Assembly: GCA_045046875.1 (NCBI GenBank)
Contig: JASFYY010000137.1
Location: 1-36,462, forward strand
Length of the DNA stretch: 36,462 nucleotides
Direction of reading: 5' to 3'
Source: Verrucomicrobiota bacterium
GTDB taxonomy: Bacteria; Verrucomicrobiota; Verrucomicrobiia; Verrucomicrobiales; DEV007
Made by a program: the position numbers and the translations under genes
Part shown: in pieces, positions 1 through 8,521 of the stretch
How the letters are laid out: each line of letters opens with the position of its first letter
Position numbering within the stretch: the first letter of the stretch is position 1
The notes under the pieces: generated by a model
Database searches by the model: none
What the model saw: the letters and a program-made list of their open reading frames with translations, nothing else
Told to the model about the DNA's origin: nothing

Positions 1-1860
1 AAGTTTGCCATTGATCCATATTTCCCAGGATATCGGATATCGTTCGGCTGAGGAACTTTCTTCACTGTTAATTTTTTGGATCCAAGTAGAAGATGAAAAG
101 GTGGGGGATTTCCCATTGTTTGTTATATGGATATTTTTCCACAACAAGCGGGATTCCTCTGGGAGGGATGCAGGTTTTTTCGGATCACCAATAGCGATAT
201 AGGAGCCTTGGGTTTGTTGGGTGGCCAGATGGAATACAAAGGAATGGTGGGAGGGGTGAGCTGTTGACAATAGCTTGTCGAGCATCAGTACGTCCGGTCG
301 ATCAAGAGGCACGTCTGACCAGATGTCGGGGGCGGCCAGAAAGCTCTCAGCTACTGCCCAGATTACGATTTTGGCATTCGAATGATCAATGTTTCTTGCG
401 AACTGATTGGGTGCAATGGCGGCACTTCCAGATGCCGAGGCGATTTTGTTGACCGGCGTTCTCAATTCCTTGACTAAGTGCGGCTGGATGCCTGCTGCTC
501 CTGCCCCAGAACCATAGGCATTGGAAAAGGAATCGCCGAGTAAGTGGATTTCTGCATTAGGAAAATTTGCATTCAGGAGTTTACGGTCACTGTCTTTTTC
601 GGCGTTAACATGATATAGCGGCTGCATTTCCGTTACTTGTTGACGAGAAGGAGGACGATCAAATATCGGCATGGTGTAAGGCAGTTTTTCGAGGACCGCG
701 CTTTCAGTAAACACAGCAGAATGGTTGGTGGAAGAGAGTTTGCTGTAAGAAGGCCGCTGTTTGATGGTATCAGCAATCAAGGTGGCAGCCAAACGTGCGC
801 CTGATGGTGACCAGTGAGTGTCGTTGCGGCGATAGACGGGATAGGCTTCGCCTTCGAAATCTTGATAGGAGTTTGAGAGAAAAGTGGGTGTCAGATCGAC
901 GCAAGTGACGCCTTCAGCTTCCAGCGCATTCATAAGATCCCGGACAGCCGAGTTGATGCGTCCGTCGATCGCAGGGTCATATTCTATATTGGTGGCAATT
1001 CCGGGATAGATGGTGGTTGAGCGCGGAATGGGGACAAAAACCAGATCGATGCCTTTTTCATCGAGGTGTTGTTTGAAAAGAAGAATGCTTTTCAGTGGGC
1101 CGAGAGCATTTTTTTTGGTTGGTTGTATTTTCCAGAAGTCAGTTTCATACATTGCCGGCACATGACTCCAGAAGAAGAAATCCTGAATCAGACCACCGGT
1201 GACTTTCCCTTGGTGGGCGATCAGAGTCTGGATGATGAGATTACGATTGGAACTAGGAGCTCTTGCGTTTGTTTTCGCGGTTTTGTTGCGGGAAGTGAAT
1301 GCATCTTCTTCACTCCACGACGATACAAATAGGATTTGATTATCAGAAAAGGGTAAGTCATTGGATTGCCTCAGATTTTTTATTTTATCCGGAACCTGTG
1401 AGTATGGGATGGTGTTGAGAGTGATCACGTCCCCAGGTTTGAGATTGACTGCTGGGTAGAGCACGCGCTTTCGGAAGGCATAAAAGACCAAGTCAACATT
1501 TTCACCGGACGAGGAGCCTGATTTGGAGATGGGTTGGCAGAGGGTGTGGGTCAGGCAATCCGGGTAGGGACTTTTTTTAGGGTTCGGGATTCGTGAAATT
1601 TCAAGAACCCGGTAGCTCTGCGGGGCATTATTAGTTTCATCTGCAGCAGCAGCTTTAAGTAGTGGGAAATGAAAAAAAATCCCAATTAGAAACAGTAAGT
1701 GTAAGAGTTTTGAATCGGAGCGATATATCTTATATGTCCCGACCCATTTGCCCACGCATGCAGCGATTAGGTTTATTTTATTTTTTTCGGAGTAGGAGTT
1801 TTCCATTTCTGGGGTAGGGCTGATGTCCTTTATCCATGCATTTCCTTGCTCCGGCAACAT
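1..1860 (-). CDS. AlgX/AlgJ-like (SGNH-type) polysaccharide O-acetyltransferase domain protein, partial (runs off the left edge)
   Basis: Not in the ORF track because no stop lies in the window. Hand translation of the minus frame from ATG 1860 (alternative ATG 1806) gave no stop in the segments checked down to position 1. It has a hydrophobic N-terminal segment (LLHLLFLIGIFFHFPLLKAAAA), GIDLVFVPIP, VYRRNDTHWSPSGA (the DxHW motif of AlgJ/AlgX) and IHLLGDSFS. Confidence 0.75.
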   Translation of the reverse strand, partial: MLPEQGNAWIKDISPTPEMENSYSEKNKINLIAACVGKWVGTYKIYRSDSKLLHLLFLIGIFFHFPLLKAAAADETNNAPQSYRVLEISRIPNPKKSPYPDCLTHTLCQPISKSGSSSGENVDLVFYAFRKRVLYPAVNLKPGDVITLNTIPYSQVPDKIKNLRQSNDLPFSDNQILFVSSWSEEDAFTSRNKTAKTNARAPSSNRNLIIQTLIAHQGKVTGGLIQDFFFWSHVPAMYETDFWKIQPTKKNALGPLKSILLFKQHLDEKGIDLVFVPIPRSTTIYPGIATNIEYDPAIDGRINSAVRDLMNALEAEGVTCVDLTPTFLSNSYQDFEGEAYPVYRRNDTHWSPSGARLAATLIADTIKQRPSYSKLSSTNHSAVFTESAVLEKLPYTMPIFDRPPSRQQVTEMQPLYHVNAEKDSDRKLLNANFPNAEIHLLGDSFSNAYGSGAGAAGIQPHLVKELRTPVNKIASASGSAAIAPNQFARNIDHSNAKIVIWAVAESFLAAPDIWSDVPLDRPDVLMLDKLLSTAHPSHHSFVFHLATQQTQGSYIAIGDPKKPASLPEESRLLWKNIHITNNGKSPTFSSSTWIQKINSEESSSAERYPISWEIWINGKL

Positions 1861-1937
1861 TTAGTTCAGCGGGATTCTATTTGAAAATGAATGTCTGTTT
1901 GAATTTTCGGGTGGGCTTTGTAAGTTGAGGCCTTGTT

Positions 1938-2855
1938 ATGACCCTCGAAGAAAAATTACTGGAGATTTTGCAGCGCACGGCGGCGGCGGAAGCGATGGAC
2001 TGGCTGGCTCAGGAGTGCGCGGCGCAGCGTGCGGACTTTGTGCAGCGGTCGTTTTATTATGCTTTCAGCGGGGTGTCGCGGCGTTTTGATAAAAAGGGTG
2101 GATTGGAATTGGTCGAAGCGGATGGCGGGGACTTGGATGTTTTGGTGCCGGGTTTCACGTTGGAGGGGTGGGATCAGTTTCGTTTGGGGCGGGTGATTTT
2201 GTTGCTGGTATTGGCGGAACAGGGACAGGACGTTTTTCTCGAGACTTTGCAGAAGTTGCTGGGCACGGCGGATTTGCGGGAGCAGGCGGCGATTTATTCG
2301 GCGCTGCCGCTTTTTCCCCGTGGAGAAGAATATGTGGAGATGGCCCAGGATGGTTTGCGTACTAATATTGTAGATGTGTTTGATGCGGTCGCTTTGGGTA
2401 ATTCTTATCCCGCACAGTATTTTTCCGATGAAGCGTGGAACCAGATGGTGTTGAAAGCTTTGTTCATCAGTCGTCCGTTGTTTAAGATTGTAGGGATTGA
2501 TCAGCGGGGTAATGCCGCCCTGGTCGAGGCTTTGTCCGATCTTGCCCACGAACGTTGGTCGGCGGGGCGTTGGGTTTCGCCGGAGTTGTGGCGCTCGTGT
2601 CAGAATTTTATCAGTCCGCAGGTGGTGGAGGACATGCAGCATTTGTGTGAGTCGCAGCAGCCCGGCCAGCGGGAGGTGGTGGCGTTGCTTCTGGCGGATG
2701 ATGAATCCGGCGGGGCGGTGGCGGACCTTAAGGCGCAGGTTTCGTCATTGGTGGATGAAGTGAAAGCGGGGGGCTTGACTTGGGATCAAGTGGGGCGTGA
2801 ATTTGGTAAGGATTGTTTTTCGGTTTTTGATGACAAACAAAGTGACAAACGTTGA
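1938..2855 (+). CDS. eboA: EboA domain-containing protein
   Basis: 305 aa containing GLRTNIVDVFDAVALGNSYPAQYFSDEAWNQMVLKALF and AHERWSAGR, typical of EboA. It lies directly upstream of an EboB-type TatD gene. Confidence 0.85.
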   Translation: MTLEEKLLEILQRTAAAEAMDWLAQECAAQRADFVQRSFYYAFSGVSRRFDKKGGLELVEADGGDLDVLVPGFTLEGWDQFRLGRVILLLVLAEQGQDVFLETLQKLLGTADLREQAAIYSALPLFPRGEEYVEMAQDGLRTNIVDVFDAVALGNSYPAQYFSDEAWNQMVLKALFISRPLFKIVGIDQRGNAALVEALSDLAHERWSAGRWVSPELWRSCQNFISPQVVEDMQHLCESQQPGQREVVALLLADDESGGAVADLKAQVSSLVDEVKAGGLTWDQVGREFGKDCFSVFDDKQSDKR

Positions 2856-2889
2856 GAGCCCAACCCTGATAGTCTAATATTTTTTTACG

Positions 2890-3798
2890 ATGAAATTTTT
2901 TGATTCACATGTGCACATGGTGTCGCGGACGACTGATGATTATCAGCGGATGGCGGCGGCGGGAACGGTGGCTTTGATTGAGCCTTCTTTTTGGCAGGGA
3001 CAACCGAGGACCGAGGTGGGGTCGTTCAAGGATTATTTTAATACTCTGATTGGTTTTGAGCGTTTTCGTGCGAGTCAGTTTGGGATCAAACATTATTGCA
3101 CCATTGGTTTGAACCCGAAGGAGGCGAACAATGAAAAACTGGCCGACGGGGTGATGGAGTTGTTGCCGCTGTATATTTGTAAAGAGGGGGTGGTGGGCAT
3201 CGGCGAGATTGGTTTTGATGACCAGACCAAGTTGGAGGAAAAATATCTGCGCATTCAGGCGAGGATGGCGGTGGAGGCGGATCTGCCGATTCAGATTCAT
3301 ACGCCGCACCGGGATAAAAAAAAGGGCACACAAAGAACGATGGATGTGTTGGAGGACACAGGGTGCGATCCGAGGAGGGTGATCATTGATCACAATAACG
3401 AGGAAAGTGTGAAGGAGGTGCTTGATCGCGGTTATTGGGCAGCGTTTACGATTTATCCGCATACCAAGTTGGGCAATGAGCGGTTGGTGGAGATTTTGCG
3501 TGAATATGGTGGTGAGCGCATCATCGTTGACAGCGCGGCGGACTGGGGTATCAGCGATGCGCTGGCGGTGCCGAAGACCGCGGCGGTTTTGAAGGAGAAT
3601 GGCACGACGATGGAGACCATTGAACGGGTGACTTATGGCAATCCGCTGGAGGCCTATGGTCAGAGTGGTCAGGTCAGTGAGAGTGATTGGGAGGATGCTG
3701 AGGGGGTGGATCCTTCGGCTTTGTTTGCCGGCAATACTTTGTTTCGTGGAGGGCAGGATGTGGAGGAGGCGATGGCGCAGTATCGAGTGATCACATGA
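2890..3798 (+). CDS. eboB: TatD-family metal-dependent hydrolase (EboB type)
   Basis: Motifs FDSHVHMVSRTTDDY, IEPSFWQGQPRT, GIGEIGFD, IHTPHRDK, IIDHNNE and DSAADWG match the ebo-cluster TatD subfamily. Confidence 0.85.
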   Translation: MKFFDSHVHMVSRTTDDYQRMAAAGTVALIEPSFWQGQPRTEVGSFKDYFNTLIGFERFRASQFGIKHYCTIGLNPKEANNEKLADGVMELLPLYICKEGVVGIGEIGFDDQTKLEEKYLRIQARMAVEADLPIQIHTPHRDKKKGTQRTMDVLEDTGCDPRRVIIDHNNEESVKEVLDRGYWAAFTIYPHTKLGNERLVEILREYGGERIIVDSAADWGISDALAVPKTAAVLKENGTTMETIERVTYGNPLEAYGQSGQVSESDWEDAEGVDPSALFAGNTLFRGGQDVEEAMAQYRVIT

Positions 3799-3831
3799 GG
3801 GGGAACCACTAATAAACACGAATAGACACTA

Positions 3832-4617
3832 ATGGTTATGAATGAGGGGAGGAGGTTTAGGTGGAGAGGGTTTTGTTTGATTTTTTTTCTAAGTGTTTTG
3901 TTTTCGCCGTTGCTTTGCGGCGAGGAGGTGGAATTTCGGGGGGCGAAGTTTACGGTTTATCGGATCGATCCGGCTAAGGAAAAGCTTGAGGTGTTTTGGC
4001 GAGATAAAAAGGGCGAGCCTTATCTCACTTTTGAAGCTTTGCAGGCGGCGTTGAAGTTGCGTGGCAAGCGTTTGAAGTTTGCGGTCAATGCGGGGATTTA
4101 TGCGCCGGGTTTTTCGCCTGAAGGTTTGCATGTGGAGGAGGGAAAGAAGTTGGTATCACTGAATTTAAAAAACGCTCCCGGAAATTTTTATTTAAAACCG
4201 AACGGGGTGTTTTTTATTGATCGAGACGGGGCGGCAGGGGTGATGGAAAGCCTTCGATTCAAGCGATCCAAACAGGGGGTGCGTTTGGCGGTGCAATCGG
4301 GGCCTTTGCTGCTTGATCGAGGGAAGGTTCATCACAAATTTAATGAACCCTCGAAGAATTTATTGCTGCGCAACGGGGTGGGAGTTGATGATCGGGGGAG
4401 GATTGTTTTTGCTTGTTCTGACCGCAGCGAGCATGGCAAGATTGGCAGGATAAATCTTTACGGTTTTGCTATGCTGTTTAAGAAGCTCGGTTGTGAGAGT
4501 GCTTTGTTTTTGGACGGGGATATTTCTGAAATGTTTATCAGCGGGGAAACCGGAACCTTGCAGCGGACTTCGGCTTTTGCCGCGATGTTTGGTATTGTCG
4601 AGGAGTTGAAGGAGTAG
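3832..4617 (+). CDS. Phosphodiester glycosidase family protein (YigE/NAGPA-like), secreted
   Basis: Signal peptide plus AVNAGIY, PEGLHVEEG, GNFYLKPNGVF, AVQSGPLL, RNGVG and ALFLDGDIS motifs. Confidence 0.8.
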   Translation: MVMNEGRRFRWRGFCLIFFLSVLFSPLLCGEEVEFRGAKFTVYRIDPAKEKLEVFWRDKKGEPYLTFEALQAALKLRGKRLKFAVNAGIYAPGFSPEGLHVEEGKKLVSLNLKNAPGNFYLKPNGVFFIDRDGAAGVMESLRFKRSKQGVRLAVQSGPLLLDRGKVHHKFNEPSKNLLLRNGVGVDDRGRIVFACSDRSEHGKIGRINLYGFAMLFKKLGCESALFLDGDISEMFISGETGTLQRTSAFAAMFGIVEELKE

Positions 4618-4621
4618 GGTA

Positions 4622-4701
4622 GCACTTTTGGCGCTGGAGGTTGGGGGGATTGTCCCCGCCCAGGCGGTGCCTGGGGCTGACATAGGGGCAGCACTTTGGG
4701 C
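4622..4701. repeat. Degenerate REP-like palindromic element
   Basis: Perfect stem CCCAGGC-GGT-GCCTGGG (4659-4675), flanked by decayed GCAC...GC palindromes at 4622-4634 and 4691-4701. The layout matches the 5551-5594 element. It sits immediately after a stop codon. Confidence 0.5.
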
Positions 4702-4875
4702 TTGTGGGAGGAATTTTGATAGGAGGGGGTCCTTGGTGGGTGTTTTTTGTCGTGAGGGAGTTGCTGTTTGCTTGCTTTTGGGAGTGGGGAAAACGAGGTG
4801 CTTAAAAAATAATCTGTTTTTTGGTGTTTTTACCGCTTTTTATGGATATCCTTTGCGAACTGTTGCCCAAGCACT

Positions 4876-5472
4876 ATGACTCATCACTTTCCTTTTTATT
4901 CCCTATTAACGGCTGTTTGTTTATTGCCGCTTTCTTCGCAGGCTTTGGATTTTGAGGCGGATATCCAACCGATTCTCAAGAAAAAATGCTTTAAATGTCA
5001 TTCTGGCCCGAAAGCAAAAAAAGGATTGCGCTGGGATAAAGCAGAGGTGATCGCCGAGTGGATCAAAGAAGGGAAGGATTCGGTTATTATTCCAGGCAGT
5101 CCGGTTAAAAGCTTGATGTTTGTCAAAACGGATCAGGGGCGTAAGAGTCATCCTGATGGCATGCCGCCTCTTCGCAGGGGGGAACCTTTGTCCGAGAGCG
5201 AGTTGAGGTTGGTTGCCAAATGGATCACCGAAGGGGCAAAAATGAATGCGGGGGATGCGGGCAGCAGTGCCAAAAAAATGGCGACAAAGGATGATGATAA
5301 AATTCATGGTTGGACCAATCTGAGTGGTCAGACGATCAAAGCGGGTTTTGTGAGATTAGAGGAAAAAGCGGTGGTTTTAAAATTGGAGAGTGGCAAAGAA
5401 ATTACTTATCCGATGAGTAAGTTGACACCAGAGAGTCGTCAGCAAGCAAAAAAACTGGCTGAAGGCCAATAA
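4876..5472 (+). CDS. Planctomycete cytochrome c domain protein with C-terminal SHD1-like domain
   Basis: Signal peptide; DFEADIQPILKKKCFKCH (CxxCH); PGSP..SLM; MPP axial-Met motif and KWITEGA. The C-terminal WTNLSGQTIKAGFV...PMSKLTPESRQ resembles the SLA1 homology domain 1. Confidence 0.8.
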   Translation: MTHHFPFYSLLTAVCLLPLSSQALDFEADIQPILKKKCFKCHSGPKAKKGLRWDKAEVIAEWIKEGKDSVIIPGSPVKSLMFVKTDQGRKSHPDGMPPLRRGEPLSESELRLVAKWITEGAKMNAGDAGSSAKKMATKDDDKIHGWTNLSGQTIKAGFVRLEEKAVVLKLESGKEITYPMSKLTPESRQQAKKLAEGQ

Positions 5473-5512
5473 GGGTGTAAGACAAAATAGTTAAGCTGCT
5501 GACCGCTATGCG

Positions 5513-5728
5513 TTTCGCCCTTTGCAGGGCTGGGAGAATTGGGTTTTTTACCCAGTGCTTCGCACTGGGCTATGTCATTGAGCACCGTTGGTGCAAAAAA
5601 GAGATGAAGTAACCTGTCCTGTAAGGACAAAATGTGATAGCCCCAGTGCGAAGCGCTGGGGTTAAATCAGTTATATTATCAGCCCTGAGCCGGAGCGTAG
5701 CATAGACAGCCGGAGGCAACGGGCGAAA
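5513..5728. repeat. Inverted pair of REP-like elements (REPIN-like)
   Basis: Left unit: GCCCT-TTGC-AGGGC (5517-5530), CCCAGTGC-TTC-GCACTGGG (5551-5569), GCACC-GTT-GGTGC (5582-5594). Right unit in inverted orientation: GTCCT-GTA-AGGAC (about 5616-5628), CCCCAGTGC-GAA-GCGCTGGGG (5641-5661), AGCCCTG...CAACGGGCGAAA (5681-5728). Confidence 0.7.
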
Positions 5729-5858
5729 TGGTATTGAGGGGTGATAAGGTAGCTTTCAATAAGCAATGGCTAACTTTTTTGTCCTGCACCCGATCAATAA
5801 GGGGGCTCTGCAAAAAGATTGAGCAGGGGATGGATCGGGGAGGTCTATCACTGTTAAT

Positions 5859-7370
5859 ATGAAAAGAGCGATATTTTTTACGGGAGTTTTATTTGCAATC
5901 AGTTTCCTGGGAGCGCAAGCCGCACCGGTGAAAGCGGGTTTTGCCGAGCGTGACATCACTCCAAGCATAGGAATGGAAAAACCAGGGGGCTACGGTAAGT
6001 CGTATAATCGTTTTTTACACGATCCGTGCAAAGTGCGTGCGGTGGTATTCGATGATGGCAAAAAACGGGTGGCATTGGTGGGCATTGATGCGCTGGTGAT
6101 TCGCCGGGTCAATGTGCAGAATGTGCGCAAGAAGGTGAAGGAGATGTGTGGCATCGAGGCGGACTCGATTTTGATTGGCGCTTCGCATTCACATTCCTCG
6201 GGGCCGACGGGCATGATTCTACCGGGAGAGTTTGATCAGGCGGATGCTTTTATCCAGGAGCTGGCTTATGTAAAATCATCCAATGCGGACAGTGCTTATT
6301 TGGAAATGGTCGAGCGCAAGTTGGTGGACGTGATCGTTGCGGCGGATGGAAAAAAGGCGGAGGTGGAAGTGGGTTTTGCCAGCGGGCATGAAGGCAATGT
6401 TTCGTTCAATCGCCGTTTTCGGATGAAAAATGGGCAGACTCATACTCATCCGAGATATGGCAATCCTGATATGTTGAAGCCTGCGGGTCCGATTGACCCT
6501 GAAGTGGGGGTGATCGGAGTGTGGGACAAAAAGAGTGGGGAGATCCTTGGCTGTGTGGTGAATTTCGCCTGTCACGCGACCACCAGTCCGGGGGGGATAT
6601 CCGCCAATTACCCTTGGTATCTTGAAAAAGTGATCAAGGATGTGATGGGGGATAAAATCGTCACGGTGTTCTTGAATGGCGCTTCGGGAGACATCACCCA
6701 GGTGAATAACCAGACTCCGATACAGATGAAAAGTGGTGAGGGCATGGCAAAAATTGTGGGAGGTTCGGTTGCTGCGGAGGCGCTGAAACAATTGTGGCGG
6801 ATGCCACGGGGAACGGAAGTGACGGTGGATGCGCAGCAGGAAGTGATGCGTATTGCGCGGCGTAAACCTAGCAAGGCTCACTTGGATGCGGCGCGCAAGA
6901 ATGTAAAGGACGAGGCTTTCAAAAAGAAGGATCCGGCTGCCTGGACTTTTGCCAAAGAGACGGTTTTGCTTGACGCGCTGATTCATTCCGAACCTGTCCG
7001 CGATGTTGAGATCCACGCGGTTAAAGTAGGGCCGGCGGTTTTTGTCACGACTCCTGCCGAGTATTTCACCCAGTTTGGTCTCGATCAGAAAAAAGAGATT
7101 AAGTTCCCTTATGTCTGGCCGGTGAGTCTGGCTAATGGTTGTGTCGGATACGTGCCGACAGAAGAGGCTCTGAGCCCTACGGGAGGCGGTTATGAGACTC
7201 GCTTGACCAGTTACAGCAACTTAATCCCCAAGGCGGGCACGATGATGCGTGACAAGGGCATTGAGCTGGCGGGTAAAATGAAAGCGGACCCAGAGCCGGA
7301 AGGAAAAAAGTTGGCTCCTTTCAAGGGCACTGGTTGGAAATACGGTAACGTGCCGCCGGAGGTGGATTAG
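5859..7370 (+). CDS. Neutral/alkaline ceramidase N-terminal-domain family protein, secreted
   Basis: Signal peptide plus KAGFAERDITP, LHDPCKVRAVV, IGASHSHSSGP, NRRF, GPIDPEV, NFACHAT, FLNGASGDI, PAEYF and NGCVGYVPT...GGYE motifs. Confidence 0.75.
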   Translation: MKRAIFFTGVLFAISFLGAQAAPVKAGFAERDITPSIGMEKPGGYGKSYNRFLHDPCKVRAVVFDDGKKRVALVGIDALVIRRVNVQNVRKKVKEMCGIEADSILIGASHSHSSGPTGMILPGEFDQADAFIQELAYVKSSNADSAYLEMVERKLVDVIVAADGKKAEVEVGFASGHEGNVSFNRRFRMKNGQTHTHPRYGNPDMLKPAGPIDPEVGVIGVWDKKSGEILGCVVNFACHATTSPGGISANYPWYLEKVIKDVMGDKIVTVFLNGASGDITQVNNQTPIQMKSGEGMAKIVGGSVAAEALKQLWRMPRGTEVTVDAQQEVMRIARRKPSKAHLDAARKNVKDEAFKKKDPAAWTFAKETVLLDALIHSEPVRDVEIHAVKVGPAVFVTTPAEYFTQFGLDQKKEIKFPYVWPVSLANGCVGYVPTEEALSPTGGGYETRLTSYSNLIPKAGTMMRDKGIELAGKMKADPEPEGKKLAPFKGTGWKYGNVPPEVD

Positions 7371-7386
7371 GGAAGATGTGCGATGG

Positions 7387-7415
7387 TTGACATGACTATG
7401 ATCTTGAGCCACACT
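7387..7415 (+). promoter_or_regulatory. Putative sigma70 promoter for the 7525 gene
   Basis: TTGACA (7387-7392), 17-bp spacer, CACACT (7410-7415). Confidence 0.45.
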
Positions 7416-7524
7416 TTTAGTCGAAAGGCTAAATGTTTCGTCTATAGAGGACTCGGAAACAGTTCGTAATGTTCTGTGAGGGGAAGCAATTGGCGTAAAT
7501 TTTAAAGAAAGGTTCCTGTAGCTC

Positions 7525-8436
7525 ATGACTCCCACATACTTTACTGCATTTAATTATAGGCTTTTATTAGTGATGGGGTTCGCCATTTTTGTCAGTTCGA
7601 GCTTGGTTTTCGCTGATGATGTGAATTTTGATGGTGATTGGGAGGGAATCATTGTTACTCCGGGAAGAGCCGATTCCGAGGTTAAGATATCAGTTAAAGG
7701 AGGGGCCTTTGCGCAGTATTATAAAAGAAACGGCGAGTGGAACCGTATGCAGTCCAGAAATCCGTATTACAAAAAGTTTGCAGACATTCTGTTGGTGGGC
7801 TGGATCAATCAGAGCGGGATATGGACTGAGAACCAGATGTTTTCTTTAAGTTATATGGATCCAAATAGAGTGAAGCTTATGTGGACGCGTCACGTCACTA
7901 ATCGCAAGGAGGGTGGTGTGGATGTATGGAGTCACCGTGGGGAGGGGGAGTTGACTCGTAGGGGGAGTAAGGGGGCTTCTCCGCTGGGGAGCTCAATTCT
8001 GGGTAAAACCTATGAGATTCAAAGGTTGGGAACGGACAAGCAAGATGCTTTTGTTGATGGCGGGTGGCGAAATGGCCTTGAATGCATAGAAGTGAAATTT
8101 GCGGTTGCTCCTGACATGAAGAGCAAGGATATGATTTTAAAAGCTTATTTTTATGATTCGGCAGGCAAGTTGATTTACGAGTTGGATGCTCCTTCACAAA
8201 TTAGTGACTCTAACCAGGAAACCAGCACTATCCCTATGAACATAGATGCAGGGGAAAAATACACGGTATTTTTTGCTATTCCTACACGATTTCACCGGGG
8301 ATCAAAAAAATGGAAGCGCGCGGTTGTGGTATTGGGGGATAGACAGCAGGTGGTGGCAAAAGTTTATCCGAAGGACGATGTCTCAAAATTTCCCTTTCCT
8401 GAAAAAGGTTTGTTGAAGTTGGATGAAAAGAAGTAG
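7525..8436 (+). CDS. Hypothetical secreted protein
   Basis: 303-aa ORF with a signal peptide (…SSLVFA/DD). It appears to have two beta-rich halves joined by a G/S linker. No family recognised. Confidence 0.7.
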   Translation: MTPTYFTAFNYRLLLVMGFAIFVSSSLVFADDVNFDGDWEGIIVTPGRADSEVKISVKGGAFAQYYKRNGEWNRMQSRNPYYKKFADILLVGWINQSGIWTENQMFSLSYMDPNRVKLMWTRHVTNRKEGGVDVWSHRGEGELTRRGSKGASPLGSSILGKTYEIQRLGTDKQDAFVDGGWRNGLECIEVKFAVAPDMKSKDMILKAYFYDSAGKLIYELDAPSQISDSNQETSTIPMNIDAGEKYTVFFAIPTRFHRGSKKWKRAVVVLGDRQQVVAKVYPKDDVSKFPFPEKGLLKLDEKK

Positions 8437-8521
8437 TTGGGGGGAGTATATTTTTTCCAACACCAAACCAACCGCGGAGCGGGTCTGAGTTCGCGCGATG
8501 AGCTTGTTAGAGTGCTGGAGC

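Noticed and set aside
1956..3819. Long antisense ORFs (1956-2642, 2905-3819), and similar ones at 6276-7016, 8675-9397, 20130-20786 and 25766-26515
   Set aside because: They are shadow frames opposite well-supported genes, have no recognisable motifs and have the composition expected of antisense codons.
4628..4879. 83-aa ORF between the YigE-like and cytochrome c genes
   Set aside because: It has a TTG start, runs through the REP-like repeat and the likely promoter region, and shows no protein-like features.
5513..5728. Possible CRISPR array or tRNA
   Set aside because: The units are inverted rather than direct repeats with unique spacers, no cas genes are present, and there is no cloverleaf or T-loop consensus.
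7416..7462. GAAA-capped hairpin resembling a c-di-GMP-I riboswitch stem
   Set aside because: It lacks the flanking GGCAAAC and GACGCAAAG consensus and overlaps the predicted transcription start.
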